Origin: Octopus vulgaris
Lineage: Eukaryota
NCBI GenBank assembly: GCA_951406725.2
Contig: OX597836.1
Span: 14,818,001-14,882,000, forward strand
Reading direction: 5' to 3'
DNA length: 64,000 bases
The position numbers and the translations under genes are program-made. The notes under the pieces were generated by a model, which had not been told where the DNA came from, did not search any database, and saw only the letters and a program-made list of their open reading frames with translations. Of this stretch, positions 14,076-28,842 are shown one piece after another (the first letter of the stretch is position 1; every line of letters starts with the position of its first letter).

Positions 14076-14720
14076 AGAACATGACAGCCAAAACACGAGA
14101 TCTTTAGAGAATATGACAGCCAAAATTCGGGATCTTTAGAGAATATGACAGCCAAAACTCGGGATCTTTAGAAAACGTTACAACCAAAACTCGGGATCTT
14201 TAGAAAACGTTACAGCCAAAACTCGGGATCTTTAGAAAACGTGACAGCCAAAACTCGGGATCTTTAGAAAACGTGACAGCCAAAACTCGGGATCTTTAGA
14301 AAACGTGACAGCCAAAACTCGGGATCTTTAGAAAACGTGACAGCCAAAACTCGGGATCTTTAGAAAACGTGACAGCCAAAACTCGGGATCTTTAGAAAAC
14401 GTTACAACCAAAACTCGGGATCTTTAGAAAACGTTACAGCCAAAACTCGGGATCTTTAGAAAACGTGTCGTGACAGCCAAAACTCGAGATCTTTAGAAAA
14501 CGTTACAGCCAAAACTCGGGATCTTTAGAAAACGTTACAGCCAAAACTCGGGATCTTTAGAAAACGTGACAGCCAAAACTCGGGATCTTTAGAAAACGTG
14601 ACAGCCAAAACTCGGGATCTTTAGAAAACGTGACAGCCAAAACTCGGGATCTTTAGCGAATATGACAGCCAAAACTCGGGATCTTTAGAGAACGTGACAG
14701 CCAAAACTCGGGATCTTTAG
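14076..14720. repeat. Minisatellite, 32-bp unit, about 20 copies
   Basis: Unit gacagccaaaactcgggatctttagaaaacgt repeated head-to-tail with no unique spacers. Confidence 0.97.
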
Positions 14721-14915
14721 CGAGACACAAAGCTTTATGTATAGATGTACCTGAAGAGATCCAGACTACAATATTGATGCAGCACATGTTGAAAGGAGTC
14801 CCACCGATAAGGGACAGTTGCGGAATTGGCCGAAACGACCGCTGAGCAAAATAAAGATAAAATACCAAAAATTCATCTCGTTACATAAGAAATTACTATA
14901 CATATTAATATATAC

Positions 14916-14977
<62 letters not shown>

Positions 14978-15218
14978 ATTTATGTACAAAAACACCTGTG
15001 TGTGACTATGCATGTGGAGGCACATGGCCTAGTAGTTAGAGTAGTATGTATGGACTCTATACATACATTCATATACATACATTTATTCGTATCCATGTAC
15101 ATATACATACATTCGTACATATATACAAAATTACTCTCATATATTCATACACACATACATACACATGCATATATACTCACATGCATACATACATGTACAC
15201 ACTCATACATGTATGTAT

Positions 15219-15332
<114 letters not shown>

Positions 15333-15911
15333 GCATAGATACATATAACGAAAAGTAGCTATATCCATGTATACACCTACACACACACATACATATATAC
15401 ACATATGCGTACACATACAGATATATATATATACATACATGTACATGCATACATACTCATATACATTCGTATAAACACACCTACACGTACATCCATACAC
15501 ATACATGCATCCATACACATATACGTTCTTATAAACACACACACATATATATACTTACACATACATACATACTCATATACATTCTTATAAACACACGTAT
15601 ATGTACATACACACACGCATACATACACAGATATAAACACACACACACACACACACACACATATAGGCGCATGCACTATGTTTCTCTCCACCTCGCCCTC
15701 CTCAGCTGCATGTAATGTTAGCGCAGTCAGATTTACGACCGGTGATCCTAATGACACAGGGACTTTAAACATCACAGCGCTACCTGACGGTGACAGTCAC
15801 AATCTCGGTTATTACATTGCAATATAGTAAAACACAATAAACAATTTATTGAATACAAAGGTCAAACACACTCACACACACGCGCAGGCATACATCTATA
15901 CGCATACATAC

Positions 15912-15964
<53 letters not shown>

Positions 15965-15993
15965 TGCACAAATACATGTATGTATAATGGTAG

Positions 15994-16028
<35 letters not shown>

Positions 16029-16188
16029 TACACACACAGATATGTGTGTGTGTGTGTGTGTGTGCGTGTGTGCATAGATATATATTACAAAACGTAGCTA
16101 AATGCATGTACTACTACTTGCGTGCAATATATACGTGTATAATACAAATACTGTGGTGGATATACACAGACATACGCATGATTACACA

Positions 16189-16336
<148 letters not shown>

Positions 16337-16731
16337 TGTATGTGTGTGTATGTGTGTGTGTATGCATGCACGTATGTACGTCCTAGACGTACATATTTCT
16401 GTAACGAAACAACGTGCACCAGATTAAATTCGAATCAAGAAGTGAAAGGATAAATATCAGACAAGCAGACAGACAGACGAACGGATATACAGACATACAG
16501 ACATACAGACATGCGGGCAGACAGACAGACAGACGTGTAGGCAGAGAAAGGGAGGAAGATGAAAAAGGGAAAAACGGAAGACGACGTTTCGGAGAAGTCA
16601 TTTATCATTCTCAATTGGTTTCTCACTGAAATAGTCAAAATTCGTCTTCAGTGGTACAAGAGCATCATTCTCTCACGTCCCATCCTTCCCTCTCGTTCAC
16701 TCCCTCTCTTTTTTCTCTCTTACCCTCCCTT

Positions 16732-16763
<32 letters not shown>

Positions 16764-17632
16764 CCCTTATTTCCTCTCCTTCTCTCTCTCACTCTCTCTT
16801 TCATTCCATGTTTCCTTCTGTGTCTCTTTCTCAGATTAACTACATAGCAACGTACATGCACGCTCATATAAAGTCACACACATACAGACACACACATACA
16901 TACAGACACACACACACATACAGACACACACACGTACAGACACACACACATATACAGACACACACACTCATACAGACACACACACACATACAGGCACACA
17001 CACACATACAGACACACGCACACACATACAGACACACACACACACACATACAGACACACACACACATACAGACACACACACAGACACACACACACATACA
17101 GACACACATACAGACACACACACACGCACATACATGTACATACTCACACAAGCATTTATATGCGCACTCCCCTAAAAGTATACACACACATATGTGCATA
17201 CATTCACACACACATTCTCACATACACACACACACACACACACGCCCACCTAAATGCTCATCACAGATATACATACTCTATTATGTAAACACATTCACAC
17301 AACCATACACACCTATACATATTCATACACAATCGCAGATATATGAGTGCGTGTGTATGTTATTGTGTGTAGGTGTGGGTGTATACATATCTATGTATGT
17401 ACGTATACACACACAAACCCATACAACCGCAGGCCCATGTAAACGTACACTCAAACAAACGCACATAAATACATGCATATATACATACATACATACATAC
17501 ATGCATACATATACATACGTTAATCCTATGTATGTATGCATGCAAGTATGTATGTATCTATCTATATGCATATGTATGTGTGTATATGCATATGTGTATG
17601 TTTTTGTGTATAGCCATGTGTGTGTGCGTGTG

Positions 17633-17663
<31 letters not shown>

Positions 17664-17721
17664 TATTGACCTCTATATCATACCAGAACAAACGGAAAAG
17701 CGCATAGGTGGATGATGACCT

Positions 17722-18062
17722 TCCATCTGGACATTTAACTCTCCAGACTGCAACCCTCTTGATTATTATGTCTAGGGCACAGTTGAGCGACAGGCCAACA
17801 AAACTCCTTGAAACACCAAAGATGAACTGAAGGTAAGGATTATGGCAGCATTCACCAACTTAAACAAAGAGACTGTTCAGAAGAGTTGCAGGAGATTCCG
17901 AAGTCTTCTGGAGGCCATGGTTGAAGCCAATGGCGATTTTATTGAATAAATTTACTCCTTAGTATTTCCAGATATTTTTTTTATTTAATTTTGGTAGATA
18001 TATCTGTTAAAATTAGATATCAGTGTTATTTTCATTTTTGCGTGATTTAGACGACAGTTTAT
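17722..18062 (+). mobile_element. Tc1/mariner-superfamily transposase C-terminal remnant (maT/DD37D-like) with 3' end
   Basis: IWTFNSPDCNPLDYYV*GTVE...DELKVRIMAAFTNL...CRRFRSLLEAMVEANGDFIE*. The SPDxNPLDY motif has D as third catalytic residue; in-frame stops present. Confidence 0.85.
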
Positions 18063-18180
18063 ACATACATACATACATACATACATACATACATACACAC
18101 ATACATACACACATACATACATACAAACATACATACATACATACATACATACATACATACATACATGCATACATACATAC

Positions 18181-18690
18181 ATGAGACATGATGTTGTAGC
18201 TAAGACACTGCATAATGAGACCCGTCGGAAGGGTAACCCCCAAGGACAACGAAATAAGAGTCTACAGTATGGTGGAAGCCACAGCGACTCATAATACAAA
18301 AGGAATGTCCCAGTGAAAACGTCAATAAAATGTGAACATAATGGACCTGACATAGTGATTCGGGATAGACAAGGGAAATTTTGTACAGTTGTGGAAAATA
18401 GCTGCCTAGCAAATGTTAACATAAAGCAAAAGATCAGCGAAAGAGAAAATACCTATGCTGAACTATTGAGGAATCTACAGCTAGTCTATCCAGATTAGAA
18501 GTTCGGGTTTATACCTGTAATTATTGGGTTACTTGGATATGTAACACACTGTCTAAATACCAATATTGAGAAATTAAGCTTCTCAAAACCAGAAAGGAGA
18601 AAGCTGATTCGAAGACTGCAGATCCAAGCCGTCACTGGAACAGCAAAAGTATGTAAAACTTACCAGAAGTTGATCATTTAAGTATATACA
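18181..18690 (+). mobile_element. Non-LTR retrotransposon 3' fragment with restriction-like endonuclease (R4/Dong-like)
   Basis: HNGPDIVIRDRQGKFCTVVENSC...ERENTYAELLRNLQLVYPD*KFGFIPVIIGLLG matches the RPD...E...K..KY...PxxIGxLG RLE pattern. Flanked by (TACA)n on both sides. Confidence 0.85.
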
Positions 18691-19168
18691 AATCTACACA
18701 TATACATACATACACACACACATACATACATACATACATACATACATACATACATACATACATACATACATACATACATACATACATACATACATACATA
18801 CATACAGACACACACATATACATACATACATACGTACGTACGTACATACATACATACATACATACATACACACACATACATACATACATACATACATACA
18901 TACATACATACATACATACATACATACATACATACATACATACATACCCTGTTGATGTTGTTGAAATTCCAATGAAGGAGCTTTGGATCTAAATTAGAAA
19001 CCGGCTCTTTATTGGCGAGAAATCTTGAAATAAGACTGAATAATGACATACATACATACATACATACATACATACATACATACATGCATGCATACATACA
19101 TACATGCATGCATGCATACATACATACATACATACATACATACATACATACATACATACATACATACA

Positions 19169-19201
<33 letters not shown>

Positions 19202-19394
19202 TCATTCGAATGTTCTTTTATATCAACAATCTATTTCTTCTTTTCTTTCCCTTCTATACTTCCATACTTTATTCTCTTATCTTTTATGAAAATTATTTTC
19301 TTTCATGAAACCTTTTCTTTTCTTTTGTTGTTTGTTTGGATTTTCCATTGGATTTAGTTATCTTTCATTATTGCATTCCTTTCCTCCTCTTTCT

Positions 19395-19426
<32 letters not shown>

Positions 19427-19508
19427 TTATCCTCCTCTCTTTCTCTTCCTTTTTCCTTTATCTCTGCCCACGTCAGCAAAAGTCATACATGTATGTGTGT
19501 ATGTGTAC

Positions 19509-19607
<99 letters not shown>

Positions 19608-19988
19608 GGCGCAGGAGTGGCTGTGTGGTAAGTAGCTTGCTAACCAACCACATGGTTCTGGGTTCAGTCCACTGCGTGGCATCTTGGGCAAGTGTCTTCT
19701 GCTATAGCCCCGGGCCGACCAATGCCTTGTGAGTGGATTTGGTAGACGGAAACTGAAAGAAGCCTGTCGTATATATGTATATATATATATATATGTGTTT
19801 GTGTGTCTGTGTTTGTACCCCTAGCATTGCTTGATAACCGATGCTGGTGTGTCCCCGTCACTTAGCGGTTCGGCAAAAGAGACTGATAGAATAAGTACTG
19901 GGCTTACAAAGAATAAGTCCTGGGGTCGATTTGCTCGACTAAAGGCGGTGCTCCAGCATGGCCGCAGTCAAATGACTGAAACAAGTAA

Positions 19989-19997
<9 letters not shown>
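19608..19997 (+). mobile_element. SINE family A, full length
   Basis: Aligns to 5228-5643 end to end. Confidence 0.92.
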
Positions 19998-20027
<30 letters not shown>

Positions 20028-20378
20028 TAGATATATACTTATGTATATATGTAAGCATGCATGTATGTATGTATGTATGTATGTATGCATGTATTATATA
20101 GGTAGTAAGAGTAACTCCTAACTGTTTCGTCTTGAAGCACATCTGCTTATTCCATTACAATCCTATATGTAGTCTCAGTTGCGGTTCGACAACAAACCGA
20201 TAGGATAAATACCAGGCTTAACAACGATAAGTTACATGTGACATGTGAAACTTCGTAATTCCTATTAGCAAATGAAACATGTGTAATGGTGATTAAATAA
20301 TACCAAAAAAATTCCAAATTCCTGCTTTGTTATATATCTATGTATGTATTTATTTACGAATGCATACGTGTATATACG

Positions 20379-20688
20379 TGGAGGCGCAATGGCCCAGTGG
20401 TTAGGGCAGCGGACACGCGGTCATAGGATCACGGTTTCGATTCCCAGACAGGGCCTTGTGAGTGTTTATTGAGCGAAAAACACCTAAAGCTCCACGAGGC
20501 TCCGGCAGTGGTTGGTGGCAATCCCTGCTGTACTCTTTCGCCACAACTTTCTCTCACTCTTTCTTCTGTTGGCCTGCTCGCTTAGCCAGCGGGGTGGCGT
20601 CATTTGAAGGCTAAAACAATGCGAAGCGCATTGTGACCAGTGATGTGTAGCAGAATCTGATAGCCTGGTCGGTCACGTAATCACGTGA
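20379..20688 (+). mobile_element. SINE family C (tRNA-derived), full length
   Basis: ggaggcgcaatggcccagtggttagggcagcggac...ggtttcgattcccagac (A and B boxes) and tail ggtcacgtaatcacgtga. Other copies at 32667 and 60598. Confidence 0.9.
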
Positions 20689-20848
20689 CATGAATATACA
20701 CATCTTCAGCATGGCTGCAGTCTAATGACTGAAACAAGTAAACGATAAAAAAGGAAAAGGGATATGATCTGAGACCGTGCATTGAAACTAAAACAATTCC
20801 AACATACATACATATACACACATATATACATATATATATATATATATG

Positions 20849-20906
<58 letters not shown>

Positions 20907-20909
<3 letters not shown>

Positions 20910-21043
20910 GACGGGTTTCTTTCAGTTTCCGTCTACCAAATCCACTCACAAGGCTTTGGTCGGCCCGAGGACTGAACCCGGGACTGAACCCGGAACCATG
21001 TGGTTGGTAAGCAAGCTACTTACCACACAGCCACTCCTACACC
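20907..21043 (-). mobile_element. SINE family A, 5' part with internal deletion
   Basis: Reverse complement of the family A head; ggactgaaccc duplicated at the deletion point. Confidence 0.88.
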
Positions 21044-21129
21044 TAAAAAGCATGAGAAAATAGTTTAAAATCTAACTTAATCATTCGTCAACATATTCTG
21101 TTCACTCATTGTAAGCAAGCTAATCTGTA

Positions 21130-21705
21130 AGAGTGAAGCTAACAATGTTTTAGCTAGGAAAATATTACTCGAAGTTGACTTTTTTACAGTCATGGAGAAT
21201 TTGTGAAGGAGATTATTGTTAGTGAAGATGTTATGCCAATTCTCGCTCCGGAGATCTCAAAACTTCGATGAGCAATAAAACCAATTTTTATCTTCCGGCA
21301 TGTATAAATAAACGTATTTCTGAAATTAGTGCAACAATCACGTGTTCACTGCAGAATGAGCTGAAAGGCTGAGATGTGTTGCTTTCGGTTTAACAATGGA
21401 TGAGTCAAAACATAGTCAAGATTCTTCTTCAACGAATTATATTTGTTCGCTATTGCGTACACCGAATTTTTCTACAGCCCAGCAACATCAGCTTGTGCAG
21501 TGAATGTTTTATTTACTGTTTCCTATATATATATATATATCTAGACACGAATTACTTTTATTATGATAGAAATGTAAAAGAAGAATTCTTGAAATTCGTT
21601 AGCGTAAAGGAAACCACGAAAGGTATTGACAAAAATAATGCAATGCATCATTTCGAAATTCATCAGTATTGCAACAGACGGAACACCAGCCATGGTAAAT
21701 TAAAA
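21130..21705 (+). mobile_element. hAT transposase remnant (Buster/Charlie/SPIN-like), degenerate
   Basis: Fragments HGEFVKE, DES..., IIFVRY, VKEEFLKFVSVKETTKGID and SIATDGTPAMV occur in order, matching the DES and TDGAxxM motifs. Confidence 0.8.
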
Positions 21706-22414
21706 TATAATGTCCCATTATTCGTAGTATCATTCCAGCACTTTACGCTCTGAATTCAAAATCCGCCCAGGTCGACTTTGTTTTTCGTCTTTTCAGAGTC
21801 GATGTTAAAAAAATGGCATCAGTCAAATAAAGGGTGTTCTTTGGGTTCAACTAACCCCACCTCTCAAAATTGCAGGTCTCGTGCCTATATTAGGAACTAA
21901 ACTCCGCCCACTTGAGTCTGACGAGTCGCCGATACTGCTAAGAGCTTTATATGTGCGAAACCAATGGTCACTCTCTGACTGGCCATAGCAAACAACCTTC
22001 TAAATACATAAATATAAAGATAAAAGATAAAGCTTCGCTGTTTCATACGATGCAATGACGTGTGACGTCACCAGTGCTCTAAACGCTGCTTCGTTCAAGG
22101 AATTACAAACATTTCATATTGTGTATACCAGGTGACATTAGTTCTGTCTTTCTGTTCATTGTTAAGCAGGATACATTATGATGTTATGTTGCTCTGTCGA
22201 ACATAAATTGCCTCCTTTGAACAGGCATAGTATGGGGTGGTATTGTCCGAGCTTATCATGTAATATCGGTAGATTCACTTCGGTCTTTCTTTCGCCAGAT
22301 GTATATCGAATGCGATGCCGTATTTTCTTTGTAAGCATGTTCTGGAAAGAAATTGTGTGTGTGCATTTATGTGTGTGTGTGTCTGTGTGTGTCTGCATGC
22401 GTTCTTCCGTGCAT

Positions 22415-22500
22415 ACGAGCTCTGATGAAGCGATAAGACGTTGTAGAGACACTCAACTCTGGTTGCACAGTCCCTAATAGCCGAAACAGCTGTATAGTAA
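22415..22500 (+). ncRNA. Degenerate hammerhead-like motif
   Basis: CTGATGA at 22422 and GAAAC-AGCT-GTA at 22483-22494. Stems I and II are poorly preserved. Confidence 0.45.
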
Positions 22501-22891
22501 AGCTAATTATGTAACTCCCGCAAGAGGTTTTTATCCCATACAATTCCACTACATCATGCCTTCTACTGGTGTGAATACATTTAGTATGATAAACAGATGG
22601 CTATTTCAATCTAATACTGGTTCTATTGCGTACTCCGATTTTGGGGGGATATTTTTTGTCATTCATTTACTAATTAATATTATACTCTGTACTAAACTTT
22701 TGGCATACACATGTGTGTATTTGTGTGTGTGAGTGTGTGTGTGTATGTGAGTGTGTGTGTGAATATGTGTGTTTATGTGTGTGCATGTGTGTGTGTGGCT
22801 GGTTTTGGTACAGTTTTCTTTTACAAAATTCTCCACCTCCAAGACATTAGCTAACCCAATGGGAATCGAAAACAGTATCTTTTGTTTACGA

Positions 22892-22981
<90 letters not shown>

Positions 22982-23050
22982 AACACACACACATACATGC
23001 GCGCTTACATATATATGTATATGTATATAAACCAGACACCCTACACGCTC

Positions 23051-23146
<96 letters not shown>

Positions 23147-23414
23147 CCTCGTATATCTATACACATTGTACTCACGTTAATCAAAACCCATGTTCACAGT
23201 ACAGACGTCGTAACAGTGTCTATATAACACAACATGACTACTTCTATGTCGCCATTTTCACAATGAAGTCTCTACCCAACACAGACCCGTGGTCTATGTT
23301 ACCATTTATGTATTACTTATATAAACACCTTTTGGTACAATAACAGGACGATGGGCCTTTCATACAGCTTTTGATTTCAGTATGTCCGCAGGATACACAC
23401 ACAAACACACACTT

Positions 23415-23485
<71 letters not shown>

Positions 23486-23701
23486 GACACACACATACAC
23501 ACACAAACACACACATACGCATACACTCGCGCTGACAGATGCTTACTCACACATATACATACAATCGTATATATCAATATTGCATATAGATAGATAGATA
23601 GATAGATTTGCGAGTATTTATGTCTAAGAGTGAAGAAAAAATTCTTAAAGCATAATTTACATCCGTGAGTGTGTGTGCGCATTTCATGTATACACACACG
23701 C

Positions 23702-23732
<31 letters not shown>

Positions 23733-23841
23733 TGTATGTATGGATGGATGGATGGATGGATGGATGGATGGATGTATATTATGTACACACATACACATAC
23801 ATGCATTCAAACATACATACATTCATACATACATACGTGTG

Positions 23842-23872
<31 letters not shown>

Positions 23873-24557
23873 TTCAAAATAGAAAATTACCCTTTAACAG
23901 GTAATTTTTACATGCTAGAAATAGCAGCCAACACGGCCAAAAACCACAATTTTATAGCAAATTTCGAAGTAAATGAAAAATAAAAACCTTTACCTTGTTT
24001 TTTAACGGTTATACCATGGTTTCAAATTTCTTTAGCAAATAATATTGCTTGCCTTCTTTTAATAGATAATTTAGCAAGGCCATATTATCTACCAGGCGAA
24101 TTCTCGTCAGTAACCGACCTAAACAATTAACTTATAATTCAGAGACAAGATAACACGTGTCCCATCATTATATGCTATAATTTTTCAAATATCGGCTATG
24201 AATTTTTGAAATTTTGGAGTGGTGGGGGGAGTAAATAATTTCCTATATCAAAAATTGATGAACGATTTTATAGAAGTAAGGAAAATAAACATTATTTTAA
24301 GGTTTTTAAAAAAAAATCCATTACCCTCAACTGAAGAAATCTAACACCACTTTTGACCCAAATCATGCAAAATTCTAATGAGGGTTCATAATGCCTACTG
24401 AAATTTTTACCAAACTTGGTCTGCTGACTTAATGCAGAAGCAATATATCTCAAATTTCAGCTTTCAAGTTTAAGTAGTTTAGGAGTTATAGGGTTTTAAT
24501 TTGTTACCACTTAGGCCCTACTTTAGGAAATACCCTCTTCCTCTCCTTTTATTTCAA

Positions 24558-25300
24558 ATTTCTTTATTGCCCACAAGGGGCTAAACATAGAGGGGACAAA
24601 CAAGGAAAGACAAACGGATTAAGTTGATTACATCGACCCCAGTGCGATATATTACCTCGGCAGAATTTGAACTCAGAACGTAGCAGCAGATGAAATACCT
24701 ATTTCTTTACTACCCACAAGGGGCTAAACACAGAGAGAACAAACAAGGACAGTCACACGGATTAAGTCGATTATATCGACCCCAGTGCGTAACTGGTACT
24801 TATTTAATCGACCCCGAAAGGATGAAAGGCAAAGTCGACCTCGGCAGAATTTGAACTAAGAACGTAGCGGCAGACGAAATACCTATTTCTTTACTACCCA
24901 CAAGGGGCTAAACACAGAGAGGACAAACAAGGACAGACACACGGATTAAGTCGATTACATCGACCCCAGTGCGTAACTGGTACTTATTTAATCGACCCCG
25001 AAAGGATGAAAGGCAAAGTCGACCTCGGCAGAATTTGAACTCAAAACGTAGCGGCAGACGAAATACCTATTTCTTTACTGCCCACAAGGGGCTAAACACA
25101 GAGGGGACAAACAAGGACAGTCACACGGATTAAGTCGATTACATCGACCCCAGTGCGTAACTGGTACTTATTTAATCGACCCGGAAAGGATGAAAGGCAA
25201 AGTCGACCTCGGCGGGATTTGAACTCAGAACATAAAAACAGACGAAATACTGCTAAGCATTTCGCCCGTGTGCTAATGTTTCTGCCAGCACGCCGCCGCC
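24558..25300 (-). mobile_element. SINE family B tandem array (one head plus 184-bp repeats, 4 units)
   Basis: Junction gaaatacctatttc at 24692, 24876 and 25060 (period 184). Head ggcggcg..ctggcagaaac at the right end. Confidence 0.92.
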
Positions 25301-25374
25301 TTACAATGATAACAATAATAGTCATAATAACAACGACTAATTTAAACTTGGCTAACACACACACACACACACAC

Positions 25375-25946
25375 AGCACCGCCACCACCACTTCGTCATC
25401 AACAACCAACCTTTCTATGACCATCACTACCAACACCAGCATCGCCTTCTCTATCTTCATTAGCGATGCCACTATCACTGCTACTACCGCAACCACCAGC
25501 ATAGTCACAACCACCACCACCACCACCACCACCACCATCACAACAACAACAACTACTACTACTACTAATACAACCACCACCACCACCATCACCATCGCCA
25601 CCACCGCCACCACCACCACCACCACCACCATCACCATCACCACCACCGCCACCACCACCTATACAGTCGTCCCTTTCAAGTTTTTCACTGTTCCATTGCT
25701 GCAATCCAATTCATTTATTCGTAATTCTTGCCGAGGAGAACAAATTTCCTCATCTGACAACACCAGATGACGGCAATAAAATGGTTGGCCTGACATCATC
25801 ACCATCATCACCATCATCATCATCATCACCATCATCACCATCATCATCATCATCACCGTCGTCGTCGCTATCGTCGTAGTCGTCGTCGAGATCATTATCA
25901 TCATCATCGCCACCACCACCACCACCACCACCACCACCATCATCGA

Positions 25947-25984
<38 letters not shown>

Positions 25985-26148
25985 CCGTCGCCGTCGTTGC
26001 TATCGTCGTAGTCGTCGTCGAGATCATTGTCATCATCATCGCCGCCACCACCACCACCACCATCATCGACATCATTATCATCATCATCATCATCAATTAT
26101 CATCACTACCATAACAACAACCACCACCGCCGCTGCCATCACCATCAC

Positions 26149-26204
<56 letters not shown>

Positions 26205-26372
26205 CAACTACCATCACCGTGCTTTTCCTCCTCATCCTCCTTCCCCTCCTCTGCATCAGCATCATTATCATCATCGTCGTCGTCGTCGTCATTGCCGTCG
26301 TTTTCGAAGTCGCTGGCATCATCATCGTCATCACCATTAACTTCACTATCATCGTTACAATCATCATCATCG

Positions 26373-26424
<52 letters not shown>

Positions 26425-26459
26425 TATCATCATTATCATCATCATCATCATCATCATCC

Positions 26460-26502
<43 letters not shown>

Positions 26503-27000
26503 CCTCCTCCTCCTCCTCCTCATCATCATCATCATCATCATCATCCTCATCATTATCATCATCATCATCATCATCATCCTCATCATCATCATCATCATCA
26601 TCCTCATCATCATCACCACCATAATCATCATCATCATCATCATCCTCATCATCATCACCACCATCATCATCATCCTCATCATCATCACCACCATAATCAT
26701 CATCATCATCATCATCCTCATCATCATCACCACCATCATCATCATCCTCATCATCATCACCATCCATCATCATCATCATCATCATCGTCATCATCATCAT
26801 CATCACCATCTTCATCATCCTCATCATCATCACCATCATCATCATCCTCCTCCTCATCATCATCATCATCATCGTCATCATTTTTCTCATCGTCATCTTC
26901 ACCAACAATATCATTATCGCTATTTAGACATCATCACTATGAACAGCAACAGCAGCAGCAGCAGCAACAGCAGCAACAGCAGCTTCAGATAACAGCAATT
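25375..27000. repeat. Compound trinucleotide repeat field (CAC/CAT/CGT/CCT/CAG)
   Basis: Long (CAT)n with higher-order duplications, e.g. gctatcgtcgtagtcgtcgtcgagatcatt at ~25867 and ~25999. Confidence 0.95.
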
Positions 27001-27746
27001 TAAATGGAAGACACAGTCCCGTCCAAACGGTTTGCTTTGTATATTTCTTCAAATTATTGTTATTGTTATTGTTGTTGTTGTTGTTGTTGCTCCTGCTGCT
27101 GCTGTTCTTTTAATAACAATAGTAATGATTTCTTTCAAGAATAGGAATTTCGTTTAACAATAATAATAAAAATAAGAACAACAACAACAACAAGAATTAT
27201 TATTATTATTATAATTATAATTATAATAATAGAAAGATGACAAAGATGAAGAGTTGTAGAGGGAAGGAACGGGGGTGAGGTGGAGGAAGAAGAGGAGTGT
27301 GTAAGCAGGGATAATGATAACAAGGATAATTAATATGATTATTATTGTTGTCATCAGCTTCATTGTGAAATAGCTCATATACATGTGTTTAACGTCAAGT
27401 GTTTGTCAACAAGATCGTTGCCGACATCATGTAAGAATTTTTAGAGAAATTATAAAGGGGAAAGGGGAACGAGAGAATATGAGAAAGGGGTAAAGGAGTG
27501 AGTTGAGTTGAGTTGAGTTGAGGGATGGTAGGAGAAACGGAGGTGAAGGAGTTCGATAGATAGGATACATAGATAGACTGACAGACAGATAGGCAGACAG
27601 GCAGACAGATAGACAGGCAGACAAACAGACAGACAGACAGACAGATAGATAGATAGATAGATAGATTGATAGATAGATAGATAGATAGGTAGATAGATAG
27701 ATAGATAGATAGATAGACTGACAGACAGAGAGATAGATAGATAGAC

Positions 27747-27817
<71 letters not shown>

Positions 27818-27879
27818 CTGACAGACAGAGAGATAGGCAGACAGGCAGACAGGTAGACAGACAGACAGGCAGCCAGACT

Positions 27880-27910
<31 letters not shown>

Positions 27911-27911
27911 T

Positions 27912-27997
<86 letters not shown>

Positions 27998-28240
27998 GAG
28001 AATGATACAGAAGTGAGTGTGTTAGTGAGGAAGAGAGGTGAAGAGGGTGTAAAATGGAATTGTATTGAAACAGAGATTGTTTCATGGGGGAGATGGGGGG
28101 AGAAGGAGATAAGGAGAGAAAGGTGGAAGTTATGTGGAAACAGAGGCGAGTTTACAATAGGAGAAAGAAGAGAAAGTGTGAGTAAAGCAGAAACGGAAAG
28201 ACGGCAGGTGAAAGAACGAGAGAGAGAGAGAGAGAGAGAG

Positions 28241-28280
<40 letters not shown>

Positions 28281-28386
28281 GCGTGAAAAATGTTAGGAAA
28301 GAGACAAAGAGGGAGGGTTGCAAGAAACAAGAAGATCGAGTAAATATTGGAAACGAAAGATTGGTGTGCGAGGAGAGTGAGAGAGG

Positions 28387-28420
<34 letters not shown>

Positions 28421-28764
28421 CTTGACAGACAGACAGACAGAGGGAAAGTAAGAATGGTCTGAAAGGTGTGTGTGTGTATGTGCGTGCGTGCGTGCGTGTG
28501 TGTGTGTGTGTGTAGAAAAAGACAGAATGAGAGGGAGAGAGAGAAAGAAAATTTTAGTTGACAGAGGAAAGAGAAGGAATTATGGTAACGATGAGAAAGA
28601 AAAGTGAAAGAGAGAGCGTTGAAGTAGTTGGGATTAAATTAGAAAGATAGAGAGAGAAAGAGAGAGACAAAGAGAGAGAAAGAGAGAGACAAAGAGAGAG
28701 AAAGAGAGAGACAAAGAGAGAGAAAGAGAGAGACAGACGGACAGACCGAGAGAGAGAGAGAGAG

Positions 28765-28842
<78 letters not shown>

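Noticed and set aside
14076-14720. CRISPR-like 32-bp periodic repeat
   Set aside because: Units are contiguous with no unique spacers, there are no cas genes, and the context is eukaryotic.
16559-17707. 382-aa ORF, the longest in the track
   Set aside because: Composed of (CT)n, (CA)n and (TATG)n microsatellites.
20379-20455. tRNA-like sequences at SINE heads
   Set aside because: They continue into SINE bodies, are multi-copy and lack a clean cloverleaf, so they are not tRNA genes.
25659-26992. Long poly-M/D/I/H/S ORFs
   Set aside because: Translations of (CAT)n that are open in several frames on both strands, with no domain or splice support.
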